From Spirochaetia bacterium (GTDB taxonomy: Bacteria; Spirochaetota; Spirochaetia; UBA9216), in NCBI GenBank assembly GCA_963677925.2, contig CAXXYH010000004.1, forward strand, positions 1,824,001-1,888,000: 64,000 bases of DNA, given 5' to 3'. Positions within the stretch are counted from its first letter, which is position 1, and each line of letters starts with the position of its first letter. The notes beneath the pieces were generated by a model. The model searched no databases. It saw nothing but the letters and a program-made list of their open reading frames with translations, and was not told where the DNA came from. Shown piece by piece: positions 48,822 through 57,926 of this stretch. The position numbers and the translations under genes are program-made.

Positions 48822-49661
48822 ATGATACAAATCAGAGACCTTTCCTTTTCCTATGAAAAGAAAAAGCTGTTTTCCGGTTTGAACCTTGAACTGGAACCCG
48901 GACTCTACGGCCTTCTGGGTAAAAACGGGGCCGGGAAATCCAGTCTGCTCAAACTGATTGCAGGAGAACTTTTCAGACACGGCGGCGAATGCATGGCTGC
49001 CGGATATGATTCCGGAAAGCGGAGTCCGATGATGCTTTCAGAGATTTATTACCTGCCTGAAGAATTCGATCTTCCGGCAATGACCGGTGACAGGTATATA
49101 GAATCATATTCGCCCTTTTACCCGAGATTCAGCAGGGATTTTTTTGATGAATGTGCTGCAGAGTTTGAGGTGTCTGCAGTGCAGAAACTAAGCACTATGT
49201 CATACGGGCAGAAAAAGAAGTTCATGATTGCTTTCGGGCTGGCAACATGGTCAAGCATCCTGCTTCTTGATGAGCCGACTAATGGGCTTGATATTCCTTC
49301 GAAGAGCCAGTTCAGACGGCTTGTAGCCGCAGGGGCATCTGATGAGAGACTAATTCTGGTTTCAACTCATCAGGTACGTGATATGGAAAATCTGATAGAC
49401 CCTATTGTAATAGTTGAAGACGGTAAGATTATCTTCAATCACACCATGGAGGATGTCACATCTTCACTGGACCTTGTATTGACTGATAAGCAGCCGGCAG
49501 AAGGTGAGGCCGTTTATTCAGAAAAAGTACTTGGCGGTTGGCTTTGTGCAGTAAAATCCGGTGAAGGCAGCGGAAGGGAATTTGATCTTGAGTTTCTGTT
49601 TAATATGGTGATCAGCTGCAGTGATTCACTTGAAGCAATTATTGACGGAGGTTCAAAATGA
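48822..49661 (+). CDS. ABC transporter ATP-binding protein (YtrB-like)
   Basis: GKNGAGKS, MSYGQKKK, LLDEPT, STH. Confidence 0.93.
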   Translation: MIQIRDLSFSYEKKKLFSGLNLELEPGLYGLLGKNGAGKSSLLKLIAGELFRHGGECMAAGYDSGKRSPMMLSEIYYLPEEFDLPAMTGDRYIESYSPFYPRFSRDFFDECAAEFEVSAVQKLSTMSYGQKKKFMIAFGLATWSSILLLDEPTNGLDIPSKSQFRRLVAAGASDERLILVSTHQVRDMENLIDPIVIVEDGKIIFNHTMEDVTSSLDLVLTDKQPAEGEAVYSEKVLGGWLCAVKSGEGSGREFDLEFLFNMVISCSDSLEAIIDGGSK

Positions 49662-50458
49662 CACTCGATAATTATTTAAATCCGGTAAGAATTTACTGGC
49701 TGATAAAAAAGGATATCAGTAAGAACTGGAAGGTTTATCTTATTACAATTGGTGCATTTTTCGGTTTTTATCTTCTGGCAGAAATAATCGGTGCAAAAAC
49801 CGAGACTCTTGATCCCTCAATGCACAGGGGGTTCCTGGCTAACCTGATCTTTGTTGTTGGGATAATTGCTACGGCTTCGGCTTTCAGGGAATCACATAAG
49901 AAACTTAAAAACCATGAGTGGCTGATGCTGCCGGCATCAACTCTTGAAAAGTTTGTTTCAAGGCTGCTTATGCATACAGTTGTGTTTCTGCTGCTGACAC
50001 TGGTTCTTTATTTCCTTTTCAGCCTGCTCTCACTTCTTGTTGTCAGGGTTATTCTGGGTGAGCCTTTTCCAATGTTTAACCCGTTTGATACTTTTATCTG
50101 GAAAGTTATGGGGCATTACATAATTATTCAGTCAGTATTTGTGCTCGGTGCAGCATGGTTTAAGAGCCATAACCTGATAAAAACTGTACTTGCGATTGCT
50201 GTGATTTCAATATCAATATCCATCCTGGGGTCACTTGTAGGCTGGCTGGTTTTTAATGATTATTTCTGGATTCTTATGCGCGGTCATTTTGATTTCAATA
50301 TAACCATGGCTGATGGTTTTGACTCGGCAAGACTTGAATCACTTATCGGAAGTCTTGCACTGTTCTCAAAAATCCTGTACTTCGGACTTCTCGCTCCGGT
50401 TTGCTGGTTCGGCTCATGGCTGAAACTTAGAGAACTGGAGGTTTCAGATGGAGTTTAA
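49658..50458 (+). CDS. ABC-2-type membrane protein
   Basis: About 6 TM helices, MLPASTLEKF motif. Confidence 0.82.
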   Translation: MTLDNYLNPVRIYWLIKKDISKNWKVYLITIGAFFGFYLLAEIIGAKTETLDPSMHRGFLANLIFVVGIIATASAFRESHKKLKNHEWLMLPASTLEKFVSRLLMHTVVFLLLTLVLYFLFSLLSLLVVRVILGEPFPMFNPFDTFIWKVMGHYIIIQSVFVLGAAWFKSHNLIKTVLAIAVISISISILGSLVGWLVFNDYFWILMRGHFDFNITMADGFDSARLESLIGSLALFSKILYFGLLAPVCWFGSWLKLRELEVSDGV

Positions 50459-50822
50459 GGAAAAAAAAGCGATATATGTTCAGATTGCAGATTATATCTG
50501 TGAAAATATTATGAACGGAAGCTGGAAAGAAGAAGACCGTATTCCGTCAGTACGTGAGATGGCTATTGAGATTGAAGTTAATCCAAATACGGTGATGAGG
50601 GCATATTCGTACCTGCAGGATGAAGAAATTATTTTCAATAAACGGGGTATCGGATATTTTGTCGGAGAAAACTCCAGGGAGCTGATTGCAAAAATGAAAA
50701 AGGATGATTTTATAAAGAATGAACTTCCGTATTTTTTCAGAATACTGAAGATGCTGAAGATAGATTTTGATGAATTAAAGGTGATGTTTGAAGATTACAA
50801 ACTTCAGGAGGATGCGGAATGA
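50448..50822 (+). CDS. GntR-family regulator, YtrA subfamily
   Basis: AIYVQI, IPSVREMA, VNPNTVMRAY, RGIGYFV; short C-terminal domain. Confidence 0.93.
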   Translation: MEFKEKKAIYVQIADYICENIMNGSWKEEDRIPSVREMAIEIEVNPNTVMRAYSYLQDEEIIFNKRGIGYFVGENSRELIAKMKKDDFIKNELPYFFRILKMLKIDFDELKVMFEDYKLQEDAE

Positions 50823-51568
50823 AAAACTCCAATAAGTATATTTTAATTCTTGCAGCTGCGCTGCTTGTTGTAATGCTGATATTTATGATATCGCTGCGGG
50901 GAATAGTAAAAGAATACCTGGTTATTGAAGAGACTGAAAACTCAGGCGGAAAGTTCAGTTTTCACCAGGATACGGATAAGACTGAGAAGGTTTTTGATAT
51001 TGACGGTTTTGACAGTATTAAAATGGAAGGAGCCTGGGATGTTCTTATTATTAAGGATGATGAGTTTTCAGTAAGCGGCTATTTCAGTGAAAAAGATGAA
51101 CAGGAGAGCAGGGTCGAAAAATCCGGTGATGAACTTCTACTGGCTATCAAGCCGCCGTACAACACCAACTCAGGCATTTCCATGACTATCCATATGCCTG
51201 ATCTGAAACTTCTTGATGTAGAAGGAATAGCCAATGCAAACTTTGAAGGCTACGAACTGGATGAGCTGAATGTTGTTGTTGCAGGTGCTGCCAATGTTCA
51301 CGGCGAAGATTCAAGAATTGAAAATCTTAACCTTGTATCTGAAGGTGCGGTGAACGTTGATCTTAAACGCTGTGATATTGTGAATGCTGATGTCACCCTT
51401 GACGGTGCCGGAAATGTTGAAATCAATATGGATGGAGGAACACTTGCCGGACGCATCAGCGGTCTTGGACGACTGGAATATTCCGGTGATGTAAGACGTC
51501 TGGATGTTGAAAAAGACGGACTGGGGTCAATTAAACAGCGCAATAGTGAAGATGATACCTGGGATTAG
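50819..51568 (+). CDS. DUF2807 / GIN-domain (adhesin-head-like) membrane-anchored protein
   Basis: N-terminal TM; FDSIKMEG; repeated x-x-GA-x-N-V beta-solenoid units; SGLGRLEYSG. Confidence 0.8.
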   Translation: MKNSNKYILILAAALLVVMLIFMISLRGIVKEYLVIEETENSGGKFSFHQDTDKTEKVFDIDGFDSIKMEGAWDVLIIKDDEFSVSGYFSEKDEQESRVEKSGDELLLAIKPPYNTNSGISMTIHMPDLKLLDVEGIANANFEGYELDELNVVVAGAANVHGEDSRIENLNLVSEGAVNVDLKRCDIVNADVTLDGAGNVEINMDGGTLAGRISGLGRLEYSGDVRRLDVEKDGLGSIKQRNSEDDTWD

Positions 51569-51574
51569 CAGATA

Positions 51575-51596
51575 GAGCAGGGGATAGCCCCTGCTC
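51575..51596. terminator. Hairpin between convergent genes
   Basis: GAGCAGGGG-ATAG-CCCCTGCTC; no clear U tract. Confidence 0.55.
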
Positions 51597-51602
51597 CTCA
51601 TA

Positions 51603-53261
51603 TCAGTATTTAAAACCTGAATCGCCGATGAACTCTCTGAGTATTGAGTTCATCGGTACATATTTAGGCTGTATTGTAATAAAGTTATCCAGAAATGAAA
51701 TTAGTCTTACAGCTTCCGCATATTCGCGGTTCATTGGTTTAACTGCCTTGAGAACCGGAATAGCAAGGTTTTTAAGAACCGGCAGTTCATAATCAAGGGC
51801 CGAATTGAAAACCGCATCAGCGTTATTCTGAAAAGGAAAGATATTTTTCTTTTCACCGCGTCTTACCGAACCCCACATCCCAAGAGTTTTAAGAGCATCG
51901 TAACCCCGGAACTGAGAATCCCTGACTATGCGCCTGAGAAGACGGTTGTCGGTAGTGGCAATACGGTTGTTGTCATCAATATTAAGCTGAGTCAGTGCAG
52001 AGATGTAAATTTTGAATTTCTGCCTTGCGGGAATACGCTCGGTAAGCCTGTCATTCAGGCCGTGAATACCTTCAATGAGCAGAATATTTCTGTGCTCCAT
52101 CTGAATTTTGTGGTCTTTGTATTCGCGCTCACCAGTCTTGAAATTAAAGGTCGGAATTTCAGTTTCCTTCCCGGCGAATAATGAGAGCAGATCATCGTTG
52201 AGCAGTTTTATATCGATTGCTTCAAGGGCTTCGAAGTCGTAGTCGCCGTTTTCGTCACGGGGAGTCTGTTCCCTCGGAACGTAGTAATCATCAAGCGATA
52301 TCAAAAGGGGATTGAAGCCGAGCACCTTCAGGTGAATAGCCAGCTTTTTGGTAAATGTTGTTTTTCCGGAGGATGAAGGTCCGGCAATAAGAACAACACG
52401 CAGATCTTCACGCTTTTCATTTATCTGATCTGCAATCTGCGAAAGCTTCTTCTCATGCAGGGCTTCGGCTACCCAGATAAACTGCTGCACATCCTTTGTC
52501 CCTGCAATACTGTTTAACTTACCGGCACTGTCTACGTTTAGTATCTTTCCCCAGGCCTTGTATTCAGTGTAAATATCACGGAGCAGGGGATTGTCCTCAA
52601 ATGTGTCGATGCAGCCCGGAGCCCCTGCGTGCGGGAAGCGAAGTACAAAGCCGGGCTGATTGCTCATTATTTCAAATGTTGTAAGCATTCCGGTCAGAGG
52701 CATTAGCGGTTCAAATGACAGATCCACCCAGTCTCCAATGCGGATTACTGGCAGAACTGCGTCGTTCTTGTATTTAAGAAGCAGGCGTTTTGATTCATTT
52801 CCGCTGAAAAGTTTTTCTGCAACCTGATAGTTCATAAGTTCCGGAATGATGTTCAGGTTCTGCTCAATGAGCCGGTTCATCTCTCTTTCGATATCCAGCA
52901 GCTGTTTTTCTGTAACCTGGGTTTCATTATCAAAGTAGCAGAAATAGCCTGTACTCAGGGAATGTCCAACTATAAGCCTTTTATCAGGATACAGCTGTTC
53001 GCAGACCATTGAGACAAGCGCAGTGAGCGTTTTCCGGTATACTCTCGCTCCGGAGTTTGATTTTATCAGAACAGGGGTAAGTTCAGAGTCTGTGATAAGT
53101 GCAGAGGCCAGGCTTTGAAGCTCGTTGTTTACTAGGACGGCTGTAACAGTTTCATCTCCGCTGCCAAGCATTTCGTGCTCTTTTAAAAGTGTATAAAAGT
53201 CTGTCCCGGCTGCAGCCTTTATTTCGGATTTATCCGGAAGGATAACATTAAGTTCTTTCAT
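51603..53261 (-). CDS. Nucleoside (uridine) kinase with an N-terminal ThrRS-like domain
   Basis: AGPSSSGKTT, SLDDYY, IEGIHGLN, RLLRRIVRD, FNSALDYE. Confidence 0.9.
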   Translation of the reverse strand: MKELNVILPDKSEIKAAAGTDFYTLLKEHEMLGSGDETVTAVLVNNELQSLASALITDSELTPVLIKSNSGARVYRKTLTALVSMVCEQLYPDKRLIVGHSLSTGYFCYFDNETQVTEKQLLDIEREMNRLIEQNLNIIPELMNYQVAEKLFSGNESKRLLLKYKNDAVLPVIRIGDWVDLSFEPLMPLTGMLTTFEIMSNQPGFVLRFPHAGAPGCIDTFEDNPLLRDIYTEYKAWGKILNVDSAGKLNSIAGTKDVQQFIWVAEALHEKKLSQIADQINEKREDLRVVLIAGPSSSGKTTFTKKLAIHLKVLGFNPLLISLDDYYVPREQTPRDENGDYDFEALEAIDIKLLNDDLLSLFAGKETEIPTFNFKTGEREYKDHKIQMEHRNILLIEGIHGLNDRLTERIPARQKFKIYISALTQLNIDDNNRIATTDNRLLRRIVRDSQFRGYDALKTLGMWGSVRRGEKKNIFPFQNNADAVFNSALDYELPVLKNLAIPVLKAVKPMNREYAEAVRLISFLDNFITIQPKYVPMNSILREFIGDSGFKY

Positions 53262-53305
53262 AATGTTAATTATTGGACAAATTCAGCTGAAACTCAAATG
53301 ATATT

Positions 53306-53509
53306 TTATTCTGTGTATTTTTCCCTTATTACACGGTACCATTTTCCCGGTCCGGTATATCGGTATTTTGCTGATACCATTTTTTCAAGGTCTTCCGGTT
53401 TATCAAGCAGCCCCGGAGAAAGCACTTTTAGAATTGTACTGCCTGCGTTGGCTTCCGGATTTCTGTGTATGTCTAAAAGATCTGCATAATCCAAATTAGT
53501 GTATTTCAT
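53306..53509 (-). CDS. Small hypothetical protein
   Basis: SD GAGG before ATG; 8 nt downstream of the previous stop. Confidence 0.5.
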   Translation of the reverse strand: MKYTNLDYADLLDIHRNPEANAGSTILKVLSPGLLDKPEDLEKMVSAKYRYTGPGKWYRVIREKYTE

Positions 53510-53517
53510 TGCTAACC

Positions 53518-54510
53518 TCAGAATAATTCCAGCTGAACCGGAGCCCTTGTCTGAACAAGACTTTCTGCTTCCGGTTTACTGATGCTGTAGTCATATAGAT
53601 CATCTGTATTAAAGGCTTCCCGTATTTGGACAAGCAGTTCGACGGCGGAACCTGATTCAGTTACTGTGCTTATGCTGAAATTGATTCTGATTTCAGATTC
53701 GAGCAGTCTGACCAGCTCGTTAATTTCACTGATAACAGAATCATCAGTGCTGCAGTGATTGGCAAGAGAACAGAGCACATCAAGGAATGCCTGTGTCTCT
53801 TCAGAGGTTATATTCCGCTCTGAGAGCCGGTTAACAAGCGAGCGCATGAAACAGATCAGTGATGAACCCGGATCTTCTTCAAGCAGCCCGAGGGCAATCA
53901 GCCTGAGCCCTTCCGCCTGGCCGAATATCATCAGAATATTGTCGGCAAGCGGTTCCTCATCTATTTCCCGTGCAAGACATTCACGAAAGCTCCACAGAGC
54001 CAGCTTTCTTGATGCTTCAAAGTTCTGTGATTTAAGCTCTTTTATTATCAGGGAGGCGGTTTCTGCGAATACTTCTGCATTCTGCTGAAGAGCTTCCCTG
54101 AGTTTTAATGAAACATTTGAAATGTAGCTGCTTTCACGGGTAATTTTTTTAAGCAGAGATTCCTCACGGTAGCATGGTTCATGTTCAAAAGCCTTAAGCC
54201 CCGACATATGAAACAGAAGCGGTTTAAGCTGTGCGGGAGGAGCCTTATCATCGACCATGCTCAGGTAGGATTCCATTTCGGGATAATCCCGATCATAGAA
54301 AGACTGGATAGCGTGAATTATATATTTCCATGGCATCAGATCATCACGTGCAACATCTGAATCAAGAGCCTGAAGGGCTTCCGGATTATGCATTCCGTTA
54401 GTTACCGCTTCAAACGCATCTCTGATTATCAAAATCTCAGGATCTGTCAGTTCAGAAGTTGCAGGAGCGATTATTTCTGCCATAACATCATTTATAGTGG
54501 TGTTCAACAA
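53518..54510 (-). CDS. Helical hypothetical protein with a C-terminal QLELF motif
   Basis: 330-aa ORF with SD GAGG and TTG start; ends APVQLELF. Confidence 0.75.
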   Translation of the reverse strand: MLNTTINDVMAEIIAPATSELTDPEILIIRDAFEAVTNGMHNPEALQALDSDVARDDLMPWKYIIHAIQSFYDRDYPEMESYLSMVDDKAPPAQLKPLLFHMSGLKAFEHEPCYREESLLKKITRESSYISNVSLKLREALQQNAEVFAETASLIIKELKSQNFEASRKLALWSFRECLAREIDEEPLADNILMIFGQAEGLRLIALGLLEEDPGSSLICFMRSLVNRLSERNITSEETQAFLDVLCSLANHCSTDDSVISEINELVRLLESEIRINFSISTVTESGSAVELLVQIREAFNTDDLYDYSISKPEAESLVQTRAPVQLELF

Positions 54511-54611
54511 CAGAGACCTCGTAATTGGTTGATTATCGTTTTACCGTTAATTCGGAGATACAGGCTAATTAAAATCAGGCTTATCGTCAATATAGATTTG
54601 AAAACTGCCTG

Positions 54612-55766
54612 TTATTTTTTTTCAATATCAAGTCTGAGAGATTCAACTTCGTCCTTTGTCAGAGCTCTCTTTATCTGTACCTCATCGGCCGCACTGGTGT
54701 GAAGTATGGGCATTTCGGCATACAGCCTGTTGTTGGCGTCAAAGAGCATCTTAAGTACCGGAAATTTGGGTTCCTCTGAATTGGTCTGGTAAACTATACC
54801 GATTGAACCGTCGCTCATGCGTACATAGGTTCCTATAGGGTAGACCGTAAGAGTCAGCAGCAGCACCCTGAGTATTTTTTCATCATACTTGGTTCCGCGG
54901 TCTTTAAGCAGATCAATGATTCCGGAATGCCCGTCCATGTTTTCTCTGAAGGGTCTTTTGGAAACTGCAGCACAGTAGGAACTGGCGACAGCCAGGATTT
55001 TACCATAGAGGCTTATTTTATCGCCTGTCAGGCCACGCGGATAGCCGGAGCCGTCAATATTTTCACGATGCTCAAGAACAGCAAGGATGATTGGCAGGGG
55101 AAATTCTGCAGCTTTGAGTGTCCGGTATCCTAAAACCGGAAACAGTGATATGTTTTTCCTTTCTTCGGGGGTTAGTGCCCGGTCTGCAAAGAAGAGTTCC
55201 CGTGGTATCTGCATTACACCTATTCGGTGCATAAGTGCGGCTACGCCAAGATCCATCTGCTTGTGCGCCGGAAACCTGAGGGTTTCAGACATCGCAATTG
55301 CAAGGATGGCTGTTTTTACACTCTGGGAAACACTGTAATCTCCCTCGGTATCGCCGAAATCTGCAAGATTAAGAAGAAATTCTTTGTGGGTTTTCATCAT
55401 TCCTATAAGCTTTTTAACCTTATCAGTTACCGGGACAAGTTTAGGCTCTTTCCGATCTTCAACACTGAACATTGACAGCATGAACTGTGTCAGTTCCCTG
55501 TAGAATATAACAGCCTCATTTTCCTCTTCAGATTCTGCAGCTGCCTTTTTAAGAAGGAGACCTTCTGTTTCTTCATTTATTGAAAGCTCTGTAAACTCGG
55601 GTTCAACGTCTGCGTAAACTGCGGCAAAGCCCCATTCTTCAAGTCTTCTTTTCAGCGAGGGAATGAGAGGAGTTTCGGGACTGAGAAGTATATAATTCTT
55701 GTCCAGAAAGATTGGTTCCGAAGTAAATGCCCTTTCAGGCAGGTTGCCGATTGATATCTCATTCAT
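54612..55766 (-). CDS. HD-GYP domain protein with a degenerate HD motif
   Basis: LMHRIG in place of LHDIG; EHRENIDGSGYPRG; YPIGTYV C-terminal domain. Confidence 0.88.
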   Translation of the reverse strand: MNEISIGNLPERAFTSEPIFLDKNYILLSPETPLIPSLKRRLEEWGFAAVYADVEPEFTELSINEETEGLLLKKAAAESEEENEAVIFYRELTQFMLSMFSVEDRKEPKLVPVTDKVKKLIGMMKTHKEFLLNLADFGDTEGDYSVSQSVKTAILAIAMSETLRFPAHKQMDLGVAALMHRIGVMQIPRELFFADRALTPEERKNISLFPVLGYRTLKAAEFPLPIILAVLEHRENIDGSGYPRGLTGDKISLYGKILAVASSYCAAVSKRPFRENMDGHSGIIDLLKDRGTKYDEKILRVLLLTLTVYPIGTYVRMSDGSIGIVYQTNSEEPKFPVLKMLFDANNRLYAEMPILHTSAADEVQIKRALTKDEVESLRLDIEKK

Positions 55767-55885
55767 TGTTATTCCTCGTTGACCCCATTATAATATTAAA
55801 GTAATATCTTTACTGATAATATTATAGTAAATTTTTTACAAAAGAGCAGAAAGTACCCCTTCTTTTTATTATAGGAGTTTTTAAG

Positions 55886-56689
55886 GTGAAATTTAAGATA
55901 ATTTTTATTTCGTTTAATATTCTGATTGTTTTTTCATTTCTGCTCATATTTCTGCTGCCGGGAATAATGCTTGGAAGCGATTTCGGAAGTGTTTTCTGGA
56001 AGGACAGCTGGTACCTGGCTGTGATCTTTTTTGTCCTGCTTGCAGCCATAAACATAATTTATTTTATGAATCGGAAGCTTCTTGATTACCTCGAAACCGA
56101 GAACTGGACCTCCCTTAAAAGCTATCTGGAAGACAAGCTGCTTGTCAAAAAGCGTTTTTTGGGGCTGTACATCAAACTATACGTCAGTACCTGTATTGCA
56201 ACGTCATCTCTTGAAGATCTTAAAAAACTTGAACAGCCTCTTTTAAATGCTGGAAAAGACGGCAAATGGGCTGTTCAGCTTGGCATTCCCTATCTGCTGG
56301 GACAGGATGCCGCTGCAATGAAGAAATTCTACAGCAGATACACTGATGTTAAAGGTAAAAACAGCGGCTGGCTTAAGTGGGATCTTGGTTTTGCACTTCT
56401 GCAGCTTGGTGAGCGGACAGAGGCTCTTGAAATCATTTCGGGTCTTTTTTCATCAGCGGATCCTGTCCTCAGGCTTGTATCGATGTATCTTGCATCTAGC
56501 TTTGAAGATGAACTTGATTCTGTGCAGTTTGCAGCGGAAAAAGATAAACTCGGCAGCGCGATGAGTGCTGAGGATTTTGCTAAGCATATTGAAAGGGAAA
56601 AAGAAAATATTCAGATTCTCTTTCTGCGCAGCATAATAAATGATGCCTTAAAATGGATGTATAAAGAAGAAAATGAGAAAGTTCAGTAA
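55886..56689 (+). CDS. Hypothetical membrane protein (two N-terminal TM helices, helical tail)
   Basis: Hydrophobic N-terminus; SD AGGAG; overlaps the alaA start. Confidence 0.75.
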   Translation: MKFKIIFISFNILIVFSFLLIFLLPGIMLGSDFGSVFWKDSWYLAVIFFVLLAAINIIYFMNRKLLDYLETENWTSLKSYLEDKLLVKKRFLGLYIKLYVSTCIATSSLEDLKKLEQPLLNAGKDGKWAVQLGIPYLLGQDAAAMKKFYSRYTDVKGKNSGWLKWDLGFALLQLGERTEALEIISGLFSSADPVLRLVSMYLASSFEDELDSVQFAAEKDKLGSAMSAEDFAKHIEREKENIQILFLRSIINDALKWMYKEENEKVQ

Positions 56690-57893
56690 ATCAAACAAGC
56701 TTGACAACGTATGTTATGACATCAGAGGGCCCATTATGGCTGAGGCAGAAAGGCTTCAGTCCGAAGGTGCCAACATTCTCAAACTGAATATCGGAAATAC
56801 TGCCCCCTTCGGACTGTTTACCCCGGACGAAGTTGTTCGCGACATGATAATGAATCTTCGTGACGCAGAGGGTTACTCTGATTCAAAGGGTATTTTCGCT
56901 GCACGGAAGGCGGTAATGCACAACTGTCAGCAGAAGCGGATTCAGGGTGTAGATGTAGACGACATCTACCTTGGAAACGGCGTGTCCGAGCTCATCTCAA
57001 TGACGATGAACGGTCTTTTAAATAATGGGGATGAAGTCCTTGTTCCAATGCCTGATTACCCGCTCTGGACCGCATCGGTCACTCTGTCGGGAGGTAAAGC
57101 CGTTCACTACCTCTGTGATGAAGAATCGGACTGGTATCCGGATATTGCCGATATGGAATCGAAGATCACCGACCGTACAGTGGCAATGGTTATAATCAGT
57201 CCGAACAATCCAACCGGAGCGGTCTATCCGCCGGAGATTCTTGAGCAGATGATAGAACTTGCCAGAAAACATGAGCTTATCATTTTTTCTGATGAGATCT
57301 ACGACAAAATCATCTATGATCAGGATTTTTACATATCTCCGGCCTCACTGGCTGATGATGTATTCTTTATTACCTTCGGCGGGCTGTCTAAGGTCTATCG
57401 TGCTCCGGGATTCAGGGCAGGGTGGATGATCTTAAGCGGAAACAAGCGGATTGCGGCTGACTATATTGAAGGGCTTAACATCCTCTCAAATATGAGGTTA
57501 TGCGCGAATGTGCCGGCCCAGTTTGCAGTTCAGACAAGCCTTGGCGGATATCAGAGTATAACCGAACTTATTGTTCCGGGCGGCCGGCTTTATGAGCAGC
57601 GCAACGCAGCCTGGAAGCTATTTAATGAAATCCCGGGGATCAGTTGTGTGAAACCCAAAGGGGCGCTATACTGCTTCCCCAGAATTGATACTGAGAAATT
57701 TAATATTACTGATGATATGCAGTTTGTTCTTGATTTTCTGAGAAGCAAACACATTCTTCTTGTTCAGGGAACCGGGTTTAACTGGAAAAAACCGGATCAT
57801 TTCAGGCTGGTTTTTCTTCCGGTCGTGGAGGAACTTGAAAGGGCTGCTGCAGAGATGACAGATTTTCTTTCGGGATATCGTCAGGAAAAGTAA
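56673..57893 (+). CDS. alaA: Glutamate-pyruvate aminotransferase AlaA (class I PLP)
   Basis: SNKLDNVCYDIRGP, LNIGN, GNGVSELI, DEIYDK, GLSKVYR. Confidence 0.93.
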   Translation: MRKFSKSNKLDNVCYDIRGPIMAEAERLQSEGANILKLNIGNTAPFGLFTPDEVVRDMIMNLRDAEGYSDSKGIFAARKAVMHNCQQKRIQGVDVDDIYLGNGVSELISMTMNGLLNNGDEVLVPMPDYPLWTASVTLSGGKAVHYLCDEESDWYPDIADMESKITDRTVAMVIISPNNPTGAVYPPEILEQMIELARKHELIIFSDEIYDKIIYDQDFYISPASLADDVFFITFGGLSKVYRAPGFRAGWMILSGNKRIAADYIEGLNILSNMRLCANVPAQFAVQTSLGGYQSITELIVPGGRLYEQRNAAWKLFNEIPGISCVKPKGALYCFPRIDTEKFNITDDMQFVLDFLRSKHILLVQGTGFNWKKPDHFRLVFLPVVEELERAAAEMTDFLSGYRQEK

Positions 57894-57926
57894 AATACGG
57901 ATAATAGAAACCAAGGCAGGATTTTT

